DNA of 32,000 nt, from assembly GCA_964648855.1 (NCBI GenBank), contig CAZYLT010000011.1:1-32000 (forward strand), written 5' to 3'. Below the pieces are notes generated by a model that was not told the DNA's origin, did no database searches, and saw only the letters and a list, made by a program, of their open reading frames with translations. Positions within the stretch are counted from its first letter, which is position 1, and each line of letters opens with the position of its first letter. Position numbers and translations under genes: made by a program. Shown here piece by piece: positions 1 to 8,336 of this stretch. This stretch comes from an uncultured archaeon (GTDB lineage: Archaea > Asgardarchaeota > Thorarchaeia > Thorarchaeales > Thorarchaeaceae).

Positions 1-233
1 GTGGTAAGAACTGTGGAAAGCCTCCCTGTGGCTGAGTGTGATGCCTCAGGACATATACACAGGAGGAAGAGACCAGGACCGTGGGAGGGATCCCATCCCG
101 ATGACCACAGACAAAGCCCCTGCTGACTCAGTGGCCCTCGGGTACGCTGGGGGCGGTGACGCTGGCAGGGGACGGGTGGAACACAGAAATTTCAGACACG
201 TTGAGGTCACTCAATCTGTCAGAAATAGTTTAT
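1..233 (+). mobile_element. 3' end of a repeated, structured putative mobile element (copy 1; continues off the left edge)
   Basis: 1-41 matches the reverse complement of 27072-27112 at 35/41 nt, and 168-217 matches the second copy at 41/50 nt (manual alignment). Frameshifted peptide tail VVRTVESLPVAECDASGHI / QEEETRTVGGIPSR* (stop 102-104), then nested GC-rich stems and a terminal hairpin. A TnpB/IS200-IS605-type identity is inference only. Confidence 0.65.
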
Positions 234-245
234 CTAGACTACACG

Positions 246-869
246 CATGAGATTGCTGCATATGACAACATTAGAGAATTATTAGCCAAGGCCACTGGTC
301 CGTTTATGGTTGCTAACTGTATCTGCCGACAAGCAATGGATGCAATTGATAATCCGTGTAAAGCGACTGATAGAAGGGAAACCTGCATAGCATTTGGGGA
401 ACACGCCCAAATGTATATCGATGAAGGCTGGGGTCGAGAAGTCAGTAAGGACGAACTACTGGATATCCTTCGGCAGAATGAAGCAGATGGTCTTGTCCTA
501 CAACCCAGCAATGCAAGAACTCTCGATTTTATTTGTAGCTGCTGTGGTTGTTGCTGCGGTATTCTATTTGGATCGAAGATGTCACGGAACCCGGTCAAGT
601 TCTATTCCACAAATTATTTCGCAGAAGTAGATTCCGAATTATGCACACTCTGTGGGACGTGTGTAGAAACGTGTCAGATGGAAGCAATTTCACTTGGAGA
701 TGATACTGCAGTCATCGACCTGAATCGATGCATTGGGTGTGGAGTATGCGTTGCGAATTGTCCTTCTGATGCTCTCTCACTACAAAAGAAAGAGGAATTC
801 AAAGTCCCCCCGAAAACCTCTGAAGAGTTGTATTCAATCTTGTTGGAGAAGAAACAAGAACACGGGTGA
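246..869 (+). pseudogene. 4Fe-4S dicluster (ferredoxin-domain) protein, apparently 5'-truncated by the upstream element
   Basis: Motifs CICR, ICSCCGCCCG, CTLCGTCVETC and CIGCGVCVANCP. The ORF N-terminus (156-~240) is element-derived and no native start is evident. Confidence 0.75.
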
Positions 870-892
870 ATACCTCGGATTATGAAAAGAAG

Positions 893-1000
893 TGGTGCGC
901 TCGCCGGGATTTGAACCCGGGCCCGATCCGATCTACGGCATCGAGGACATGACCCCGGCGCAATGGCAGGGATCCATCATAGCCCCTAGACAACGAGCGC
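893..1000 (-). tRNA. tRNA-Gly(GCC) with 33-nt intron at 37/38 (931-963)
   Basis: Acceptor GCGCTCG/CGAGCGC-A-CCA, T arm CCGGG-TTCAAAT-CCCGG, anticodon stem GATCC/GGATC. CTGC pairs with intron GTAG (relaxed BHB). TTTTTAAT TATA-like box at 1027-1034. Confidence 0.95.
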
Positions 1001-1101
1001 TACAAGAATTGTGCGAGATGGTGAACATTAAAAACTTTGCCGAATCATACCAAACGGGACGAACTCTATTTTTAAGCGGAATAGGGAGGTGTAACAGGAA
1101 C

Positions 1102-2217
1102 TTGCAGGACAGAATTAACCATGGTCGTCGAGATTGGATTGACATAGCCAAGGGCATTGCTATACTCTTTGTTATCCTGGTTCACGTGATAATCCCAATC
1201 ATTAATCCCATAACGACGCATTTGAGTAGCTTCACTATTCCTTTATTCTTCATCGTCACTGGATTAACTTACAATAATAAAAAACACCGGCAGAATATTC
1301 GCACATTTCTGTCTACTCGCGGTAAGCAACTGATGATTCCGTATATCAGTTTGTATCTCCTCATGATTGCTTTGTATATACCACTATCTGCAGGTATTGA
1401 TACTTACCTCTCTGGGGGTCAACTTCTTTTCTGGTTCGCTTATGGAGCTGGCCCACCTGACGCATCAACTCATCTTTGGTTCCTTCAGGTGCTGTTCTTT
1501 GCCTTGGCGGTATTTGCTGTGATTGACAAGGCCGTGAAATCCCTCCCCTCAAAATCCAGATGGGTTCTGATTATTGCATTGCCGGTAATATCCATGGCAA
1601 TCCGCTCAGTGTTCTATCCGATGTTGGTTCCTTGGAGATTCAGTGCTGTATTGGTTGCTGTTGCATTCATTTTTGTTGGCAATGAGATACGCCGCGTGAA
1701 GGGAGTCAACCCTTGGACATTAAACTCAAGGATGTTAGACACTTCGATCTTCTTCCTTCTAGGAATAACCCTAGTTTTCACGTCAACCCTGAACGGCTTC
1801 ACAGATATTGCCATGGACCGATTCGGAAACAGCATAATGTTGTACATGGTAAATGGCGTAATCGGCTCTATCTTGGTCTTTGCCATGTCCAATTCATTGG
1901 CAAATCTATCTCTGGTTGGTCACGCGCTCCAAGATTTCGGGAAGCGAGCTCAAGAAATCTACGAGATTCATCCCATAATCTTCTACCTTTTCCCCTTGCT
2001 TTCACTTATGATTGGTGTTCCATTTCTGGCACCGGTTGAGTATTTGCCATTTGTATGGGGTATTGAGTTTCTGATTGCATTGTCGATCTCACTTGCTGTC
2101 GCAAAATACGCCGTTTCAAGCAATCGATTCTTGTCATTGCTTTTCAAAGGCACAATTCCCAAGAAAACCACAAAGATCACGATACCCTCGCCTGATGCTT
2201 CAGCTTCAACATCCTAA
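1102..2217 (+). CDS. Acyltransferase family 3 (multi-pass membrane O-acyltransferase)
   Basis: RxxWIDIAKGIAILFVILVH, IPLFFIVTG and HLWFL motifs, about 10 hydrophobic segments. Start moved to TTG 1102 after GGAGGTG because the upstream ORF part overlaps tRNA-Gly. Confidence 0.88.
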   Translation: MQDRINHGRRDWIDIAKGIAILFVILVHVIIPIINPITTHLSSFTIPLFFIVTGLTYNNKKHRQNIRTFLSTRGKQLMIPYISLYLLMIALYIPLSAGIDTYLSGGQLLFWFAYGAGPPDASTHLWFLQVLFFALAVFAVIDKAVKSLPSKSRWVLIIALPVISMAIRSVFYPMLVPWRFSAVLVAVAFIFVGNEIRRVKGVNPWTLNSRMLDTSIFFLLGITLVFTSTLNGFTDIAMDRFGNSIMLYMVNGVIGSILVFAMSNSLANLSLVGHALQDFGKRAQEIYEIHPIIFYLFPLLSLMIGVPFLAPVEYLPFVWGIEFLIALSISLAVAKYAVSSNRFLSLLFKGTIPKKTTKITIPSPDASASTS

Positions 2218-3265
2218 ACGTTGACTCACATTCAATTACCCTTCGATTCCTTCTACCACTCTCAAGTGCCATATACGCACCATTGATCCAGTACCCCAAT
2301 CCTTTTTCTTGAAGCCAATCTCGGGGAAAAATGTACGTGTTATATCGAGTCCGATATCTTTCCAGAAATGAAATTGCATTTCTAAACCAATCACTCTGAG
2401 TTATTATGGGAAGCGGCGAGAGAATCTCTAACCATAGTAATAGTCTTGCACCATCAAGCGTCTTATTTGAGTCCCACCGGCTATTTATGAGCATCGCGAA
2501 ACAAGGCAGATGTGCGCTCCACCCGCTTACATAATATCTATCGTTGTCTATTACGAGTCCGTAGCCAATCGGTAGTTCTTGATAGTCACTCTGTATGATG
2601 GCCTTGCATATGTTGTTGATTTTTCTGACTGCTTTACTGTCATTCAGCAAATCTTGGGACTGAGCAAAGCATACTAAATCATGTATCCAGGGTAGAGGGA
2701 ATGCGCTTTCACCGTAAAGAACGGGATGAATGAGTTTCCATTTCCTTCCAGCTTCCGGAATCATATATTCTGAGCTATCAACATAGATTTCGTTCCAGTC
2801 AGATGAACTCACGAATCGGTCAATCGTTTCTAATCGTGATTTGACTGCTGCTTGAACTGGAGTGACATCCCCGTATCCTGCATTTGCTAGTGATGCTGCT
2901 ATAACAGTCCGCATTAATTCCTCATGAAATGAAACAGCTGGACTAGGAATTCTTTCAGAGAGCCACGTCCTATATGAGAGCGTACGGCTATCAAATGGCT
3001 GGAGACCCGCCTTTAGTCCAAGTTGCCCTAGTTTGTAGAGTGTATTCTCAATTGACTCAGGATCGCTCGAATGTATGTTTCTGAACTTAGTGCCATTGTT
3101 AAGTCGAGGGAGCCACTGCCTCACAATTTGACTGAAAAACAGCTCCTCTATGGCTTGACTGACTCTAGCAACATCCTTTGATTCTAACAGTTCCGTGATG
3201 GCTCGAAATCTGATGATTGGCCCCGAATTGGATAGCAACCATTCCATGACATCAGATCTCGACAT
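2177..3265 (-). CDS. Hypothetical protein (362 aa, possibly alpha-helical prenyltransferase/squalene-cyclase-like repeat)
   Basis: Long ORF with WLL..SGPIIRFR at the N-terminus and STFRMLKL at the C-terminus. Overlaps the acyltransferase 3' end by 41 nt. The fold is a guess. Confidence 0.7.
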   Translation of the reverse strand: MSRSDVMEWLLSNSGPIIRFRAITELLESKDVARVSQAIEELFFSQIVRQWLPRLNNGTKFRNIHSSDPESIENTLYKLGQLGLKAGLQPFDSRTLSYRTWLSERIPSPAVSFHEELMRTVIAASLANAGYGDVTPVQAAVKSRLETIDRFVSSSDWNEIYVDSSEYMIPEAGRKWKLIHPVLYGESAFPLPWIHDLVCFAQSQDLLNDSKAVRKINNICKAIIQSDYQELPIGYGLVIDNDRYYVSGWSAHLPCFAMLINSRWDSNKTLDGARLLLWLEILSPLPIITQSDWFRNAISFLERYRTRYNTYIFPRDWLQEKGLGYWINGAYMALESGRRNRRVIECESTFRMLKLKHQARVS

Positions 3266-3343
3266 ATGCTCAACCCGCCCGAAAGAATGTCTACGCCCTT
3301 TATCTTGCAGGCAGAGTTAAGAATATCGACGTAATATGCTGCC

Positions 3344-4072
3344 ATGACTCAGACAATGTCTAGCGAATTGAATCTTTTAGACCTGAAGCGACAGATAATG
3401 CATGATATCTATGAGAAAAGAATGCTTCTCACGTCCACCAGGGACTGTGAAGAGGGGTGGAAGCTTGTTTCAGGGATGTGGAGTCCCTTCTATATTCAAT
3501 TACGTCTGATTAGCTCCTTTCCCCTAACATTGCGCCGAGTTGGTCGAGCCATGTCGGTATTCCTTAAGAACAGGGCTCCTGCAGTGACCAAGCTCGTAGG
3601 CATTGCTTTTGCAGGCATACCCATTGCTACTGCTGTTTCTCTGGAATCGGACATTCCAGCTGTCCATACTAGGAAATTAACCGGGATAAAGACATCTGAT
3701 GAGCTAAAAGAAGCACTTGCAGAATACGGTCAACATAGACTCGTTGAAGGCGTCCTCGAGGACGGTGATGTATTATGTCTGGTTGACGATCTTGTGACTG
3801 GGATGGAGAGTAAGCTAGTGGCTAGAGCCCAAGTCATGGCTGAAGTAGAGAATCGGGGTCTGACAGATGTGAAATGTGATGACATTGCCGTTGTCATTGA
3901 CCGCCAGCAGGGTGCAAGAGCCCGTGCTGAAAGTGAGGGAATGAACCTGCATGCCCTCATCGATTTTGTTGATACTGGATTACCTCTCATAAGAAATGTG
4001 ATGGATGAAGATGAATTTAGTCTCATAAAGAGGTACCTCGAAGCCCCGAAAGAGTTTCAGAACAGAAAATAG
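3344..4072 (+). CDS. pyrE: Orotate phosphoribosyltransferase-like type I PRTase
   Basis: LVSGMWSPFYIQLR, GIAFAGIPIA, YG..RLVEG, PRPP-binding LVDDLVTG, VVIDRQQG. Confidence 0.75.
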   Translation: MTQTMSSELNLLDLKRQIMHDIYEKRMLLTSTRDCEEGWKLVSGMWSPFYIQLRLISSFPLTLRRVGRAMSVFLKNRAPAVTKLVGIAFAGIPIATAVSLESDIPAVHTRKLTGIKTSDELKEALAEYGQHRLVEGVLEDGDVLCLVDDLVTGMESKLVARAQVMAEVENRGLTDVKCDDIAVVIDRQQGARARAESEGMNLHALIDFVDTGLPLIRNVMDEDEFSLIKRYLEAPKEFQNRK

Positions 4073-4143
4073 CTTTTTTTTGCGTTGAGCTAAAGTACTT
4101 ATTCAAATCACCTCATTATAACCAAACGGTTTCGGGTGGTTTT

Positions 4144-4599
4144 ATGACAAATAAGCGGAATTCCTTAGAGAGCGTGCTAAACGAGGCTCTGGTGAAGGAG
4201 CTGAATCACTTCCAATTCTACTATGATGGTGTACGGAATCTGGAGCACCCTGCCGTCAAGAACCTTTTCGCTTACTTAGTTGAGTCTCAAGGGGATGTTG
4301 TGGATAGAATCGAATTGATGCTCACTTCAGGAAAACTTGAACCCGTCGCGGATGAAGATGTCTTGAAATACCTCGAAGAGGAACCAAATGTGACACCATT
4401 CAATCCTGCCCGCGCGGAAGAAGATGAGAGCATTGCTGCAGTCAATGAAGCTCTGGAGATTGAATATGAATCATACAAGATGTTCAAGGACTTGGCTGAG
4501 AGGGTTCCCAAAAAGGGTATCAGACTGATGTTTCTATCATATGCCGGCCTTAAGGGACAACGCATTGATTGGATTCGAAATGTGTTTGATGGCCTATAG
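4144..4599 (+). CDS. Ferritin-like/rubrerythrin-fold protein (degenerate ligands)
   Basis: Two repeats of the AL..E......[YF]...A......K..F..L pattern; no ExxH. Confidence 0.7.
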   Translation: MTNKRNSLESVLNEALVKELNHFQFYYDGVRNLEHPAVKNLFAYLVESQGDVVDRIELMLTSGKLEPVADEDVLKYLEEEPNVTPFNPARAEEDESIAAVNEALEIEYESYKMFKDLAERVPKKGIRLMFLSYAGLKGQRIDWIRNVFDGL

Positions 4600-4663
4600 T
4601 CACATACTCTAATGATAATAACCATAGAAAATCCTTTCTAGTACGATTCCATATGAGTATCGA

Positions 4664-5125
4664 ATGGTTATGAGCAATAGACAGCAAGAAATCAAGACAA
4701 TGCTCAGATTAGCCCTTACTACTACTGCAAATCACTATCAGTACTATCATAAAGCTGCTATGGGGGCTGAAACTCCAAAGGTCAAGGCTCTGTTGATGGT
4801 GTTGGCAGACGAAGAGGCAGAGCTCATGGACCGAATCCGGGATATGATGGCAACGGGCATTACTGAAGAATTAGAGGAACTGTCCAAGACCTATGATCCT
4901 GAAGATCTCCCTGATGAAATGCCATTTGACCTTTCACGTGAAGAAACGGACCCGCGAATTTATGTGTGTAATCAGGCTCTGAAGAATGAAGTCAAAGGGT
5001 ATACCTTCTTTTTGTCAATTGCTGCAAGGGCAAAATCCAAAATAGTCAGTCGGCTGTTCGAGTATTTTGCTTATAGAAAGCTGGGACAGATAAGGAAAAT
5101 CCGACGTGTATGTGAAACCTTCTAA
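4664..5125 (+). CDS. Ferritin-like/rubrerythrin-fold protein, paralog of the upstream gene
   Basis: YYHKAA...PKVKALLMVLADEE and ALKNEVKGYTFF...SRLFEYFA; shares the PF...R.E.D..I linker with 4144-4599. Confidence 0.72.
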   Translation: MVMSNRQQEIKTMLRLALTTTANHYQYYHKAAMGAETPKVKALLMVLADEEAELMDRIRDMMATGITEELEELSKTYDPEDLPDEMPFDLSREETDPRIYVCNQALKNEVKGYTFFLSIAARAKSKIVSRLFEYFAYRKLGQIRKIRRVCETF

Positions 5126-5251
5126 CACAACCATTTTCTGACAGATTTTTTGCAATTTTTTATTAGAACACGTGGTCCAAGAGGCTTTATATAGATAATA
5201 GACTATTAAAATAACAGTATAGATATATTTATATACGATGTATTATATGGT

Positions 5252-5333
5252 GGTAGTGGCGTTGGCCAGGAGGCCTGCCAGAGGCTATACCCGCTATCTC
5301 CTCCATCGGAAGCGATGGGGTGTGTGGGGATGG
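5252..5333 (+). promoter_or_regulatory. GC-rich structured RNA leader or sRNA candidate after an AT-rich promoter region
   Basis: GGTAGTGG/CCGCTATC stem enclosing a CAGG-AGG-CCTG hairpin, and a CTCCATCG-GAAG-CGATGGGG hairpin. TTTATATA at 5186-5193 and 5228-5235. Confidence 0.4.
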
Positions 5334-5349
5334 CAAAAGGAGCAAATCG

Positions 5350-5739
5350 GTGAAGAAATTGATAGACACAAAATGCGCATTCGTTCCGCCAGTATCGCTG
5401 GAATGTTACGAAGACTTCGAAGAATTTGCGAAGAGAGCTGCTGTGGTCACTTACAGCACAGAATATTTCCAGAGTCCATTCAAGAGTGACAAAAAACGGC
5501 TCAGGAGACTGATTCTATCCGCTATTGGCGTCAAATTGGATGAAATCCCCCTGACTTTTACGTATACGATTGATTATTCGGACTTCGGTGCTTCAGCGAA
5601 TGATTGGCAAGATCAGACAGAACTGACAAATGATGGAATCTCAGCGATTCTTGATGATCTAAAATCAAAGTGCAACCTCATTCGAGGAACAATTGATGGA
5701 GGTCCAGCACTGGGCGAGGCTCTCGTTGCCAGACCATGA
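5350..5739 (+). CDS. Hypothetical protein
   Basis: ORF 5320-5739; GTG 5350 preferred because it is preceded by AAGGAG. Confidence 0.65.
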   Translation: MKKLIDTKCAFVPPVSLECYEDFEEFAKRAAVVTYSTEYFQSPFKSDKKRLRRLILSAIGVKLDEIPLTFTYTIDYSDFGASANDWQDQTELTNDGISAILDDLKSKCNLIRGTIDGGPALGEALVARP

Positions 5740-5873
5740 GTTAGGACCAAACCTGTAACGAGCTCCTACTCACAAGACAGCTTGCTACATGTCGCTGAAC
5801 AAATCGATATGCTCCTTTATCTCGATACCAATAATCTAATGAGCCGAAACTTCAGACATAGCTGTGAAGGACA

Positions 5874-6395
5874 TTGACTGAAATCGAACCGGCTGAGCAG
5901 ATAGTTCCAAAGATTATGGACAAGTATAACGAATCGCCTAGAGGCTGGCGTATTCTATCCACCCCAACAGGTGGTATGATCTTTTTAGGACCACAATCAG
6001 CTTTTCAACTGAAACTGATATCACTTGGCCCACAGAAATTCACAGGTGCAGGCATGGAATTGTCCGACAGAGATGACTCTCTTGATCGTCTGGCGAGCTC
6101 ACCAGAATTTGGTCTTCGACCGCTCATGAAGTCTGATATAGAGGGTCTAGTGGATGCCATCGGTGATGCTGAGAAAGCAAAACAAAACATTCGTGCTCTC
6201 CTTGAGCGAGACCCGTTATCACCCGCTGAAGCAAAAACGAATCGTGCCGAACAATTTCTTAGTGGTCCAGTGCTAACGCGTCCCGAGCTCTCATCGCTTG
6301 GCCCGGCAATAAAGAAAGCAGAACTGACGCTCGACAAAAATGCCCAGGATATCTTTAGAAAGAAATATCCCATGAGGGCAGGAATGTATATGTGA
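5874..6395 (+). CDS. Hypothetical protein (173 aa)
   Basis: Long ORF with typical composition, co-oriented with the downstream longin gene. Confidence 0.75.
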   Translation: MTEIEPAEQIVPKIMDKYNESPRGWRILSTPTGGMIFLGPQSAFQLKLISLGPQKFTGAGMELSDRDDSLDRLASSPEFGLRPLMKSDIEGLVDAIGDAEKAKQNIRALLERDPLSPAEAKTNRAEQFLSGPVLTRPELSSLGPAIKKAELTLDKNAQDIFRKKYPMRAGMYM

Positions 6396-6432
6396 ATTTT
6401 CTTGATTGAAACATCTTGAGTGTGCTTGAAAA

Positions 6433-6825
6433 ATGACGATAAGGGAAGTCATAGTGGCTGACTCTGATGGACGCGCAGTATATTCTCAGCGATTTGGTAC
6501 GCATCCAACAGATAGGCAATCGATTGCATATAGCAGCTTGGTGAGTGCAGTTCATAGTTTTGGGAAAATGCTCTCTCCGCACGATGTGAACGAGATTAAA
6601 CTTGGCGAGATATGTCTACTCATTCATTCAGCCAACGAACTGCTGTTTGCAATCGTGGTTGACGACAATAGAAGAGAGTCAAATGAAGAGAAGCTGAAAA
6701 GTATCGCTGACTTATTCTTGGAGCACTATTATAGAGAAATCTCACCTTCACAACCAGCTCTAAGTGAGAATTCAGCTAGCGAGTTTACCGGAGTACTCGT
6801 GCAGCATAATTATGTTTCAAATTGA
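6433..6825 (+). CDS. Longin-like domain protein (Asgard eukaryotic-signature type)
   Basis: IREVIVADSDGRAVYSQRF beta-hairpin, helix SSLVSAVHSFG, EIKLG..LLI...LLFAIVVD, C-terminal helix KLKSIADLFLEHY. Confidence 0.8.
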   Translation: MTIREVIVADSDGRAVYSQRFGTHPTDRQSIAYSSLVSAVHSFGKMLSPHDVNEIKLGEICLLIHSANELLFAIVVDDNRRESNEEKLKSIADLFLEHYYREISPSQPALSENSASEFTGVLVQHNYVSN

Positions 6826-6840
6826 GCAAATAAAAAGAAG

Positions 6841-6978
6841 TGGTGGGCCGAGCCGGATTTGAACCAGCGAATCGGCACCTGATGGGAAATCCATCAAGCT
6901 CCACCGCACATTTGAAGCCCCTTGGGACTCAAGGGAATGTGTCAATGCGGTATCATAGCCGGGCTAGACTATCGGCCC
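6841..6978 (-). tRNA. tRNA-Val(GAC) with two 30-nt introns (37/38 at 6910-6939; 46/47 at 6871-6900)
   Basis: Acceptor GGGCCGA/TCGGCCC-A-CCA, anticodon stem CCGCA/TGCGG, T arm GCTGG-TTCAAAT-CCGGC. Removing both introns gives 78 nt with variable loop TGGTC. Confidence 0.92.
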
Positions 6979-7070
6979 CGTTGGATAGATGAGCCTGTTG
7001 AAGCGATTAAAAAGATTGTGACAGCTCCAGTTTTTTACGAGATTATTAGGGGCAATACAGACCTTATCTC

Positions 7071-7283
7071 ATGAAGGAAAAGAAGTGGCGTTTGATTGCA
7101 GGCAGAGTCTATCGACTCTTGGGGACTTACACAGACAAACATGAGGCAATCAGGAAAGCACAGGAGATTAGAGAGGATAACTTCATACACCTGACGATTG
7201 ATAATGATGACACCATAGCAGTGTATTGGAGACCAAAAGACTTGGCAGAGCGCTGCGAACCTACACAGTATAGGACAATCTGA
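7071..7283 (+). CDS. Small hypothetical protein (70 aa)
   Basis: ATG ORF divergent from tRNA-Val, plausible alpha/beta pattern. Confidence 0.6.
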   Translation: MKEKKWRLIAGRVYRLLGTYTDKHEAIRKAQEIREDNFIHLTIDNDDTIAVYWRPKDLAERCEPTQYRTI

Positions 7284-7317
7284 GTCCTTCATGAAATGAC
7301 TCACAGGAGGTTATCAT

Positions 7318-7635
7318 ATGAAACAACTGCCCCTATTCCCAGAATCGGATCAAAGCCAATTGAAAATACGCATAGAACTCCTTGGCAAAACAATCAATAA
7401 GGATACTTGCGGTCCCTTTGAACGGTTTCTTGAGTTGAAACCTCTTCCCCAGATTATTGATGTGACCGGATGGAGCCGTCATGCCATACTTGCTTTGTTA
7501 ACGGTCTGCAAGAAGAATGGAAAAATCATAGGACTGCAGTCAGGGACAAATTATCTCACTCCCCTCCTTGTATCGAATGGTCCACTCCTCGAACGTCTCA
7601 TCGATACTATTCTTGAAATGCAGGAAGATTCCTGA
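7318..7635 (+). CDS. Hypothetical protein (105 aa)
   Basis: Strong SD AGGAGGT upstream of the ATG. Confidence 0.7.
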   Translation: MKQLPLFPESDQSQLKIRIELLGKTINKDTCGPFERFLELKPLPQIIDVTGWSRHAILALLTVCKKNGKIIGLQSGTNYLTPLLVSNGPLLERLIDTILEMQEDS

Positions 7636-7643
7636 ATCGCCCC

Positions 7644-8099
7644 TTATTTTCCTGAACTACCGAAACCGCCTTCGCCTCTCTCAGTATCCGATAACGCATC
7701 TACTTCTGCAAAGATGATATCTGGTACCTCTCTTATAGCCAACTGAGCTATCCGCATACCTTGAGTAACAACAAACTCCTCAGATGAGAGATTTATGACG
7801 ATAACCTTGACTTCGCCTCGATATCCACTATCAATGGTGCCTGGACTGTTGAGAACTGAAACACCGTCATGAAGAGCTAGACCACTGCGAGGTCTCACCT
7901 GCCCTTCGTAACCCGCTGGAATCTCCAATGCAATACCCGTTGGGACTGCACATCTTTCTTGTGGCTGCAGAACGTGTTCTTCAACAGAATAGAGGTCAAA
8001 GGCAACATCCCCATCATTAGCCACATGCGGGACCTGGGCGCGTTCTGAGAGTCGTTTAACTTTGACAACCAGTCTTCTCTTGGGCTCCCTTTTAGTCAT
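7644..8099 (-). CDS. dut: Trimeric dUTP diphosphatase
   Basis: Motifs AFDL, QVRPRSGLA, GTIDSGYRGE, RIAQL, RGEGGFGSSG. Confidence 0.97.
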   Translation of the reverse strand: MTKREPKRRLVVKVKRLSERAQVPHVANDGDVAFDLYSVEEHVLQPQERCAVPTGIALEIPAGYEGQVRPRSGLALHDGVSVLNSPGTIDSGYRGEVKVIVINLSSEEFVVTQGMRIAQLAIREVPDIIFAEVDALSDTERGEGGFGSSGK

Positions 8100-8183
8100 T
8101 GTAAGAAATCCTCTCTTTTCCTACAGTGTTCGCTGCCTTGACACAAATTATAGCTTTCTAAAATTCTTGGGCAGAAAGAAGTG

Positions 8184-8280
8184 TGGTGCCGAGGGACGGA
8201 TTTGAACCATCGACAACGCGGTATCTGCATTCTAAAAGAATCCTTCAGCCGCGCGATCTCCCTGGCTGATCTACCTCGGC
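8184..8280 (-). tRNA. tRNA-Phe(GAA) with 20-nt intron at 37/38 (8223-8242)
   Basis: Acceptor GCCGAGG/CCTCGGC-A-CCA, D stem GATC/GATC, anticodon stem CGCGG/CCGCG, TTCAAAT loop. Confidence 0.95.
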
Positions 8281-8336
8281 ACTTGTAAACAGGCGCTTTG
8301 TATTGTATGTTGATATAAAGATAGTGGCAAAAGAGC

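Noticed and set aside
105-230. Structured region as a group II intron 3' end or a CRISPR repeat
   Set aside because: No domain V catalytic-triad hairpin is recognisable and there is no regularly spaced repeat-spacer array.
892-1101. N-terminal 70 aa of the 441-aa ORF
   Set aside because: It is the antisense of tRNA-Gly and its promoter; a better start with an SD lies at 1102.
5186-5246. AT-rich tract as a replication origin
   Set aside because: No ORB-like repeats and no cdc6/orc1 gene nearby; adequately explained as a promoter.
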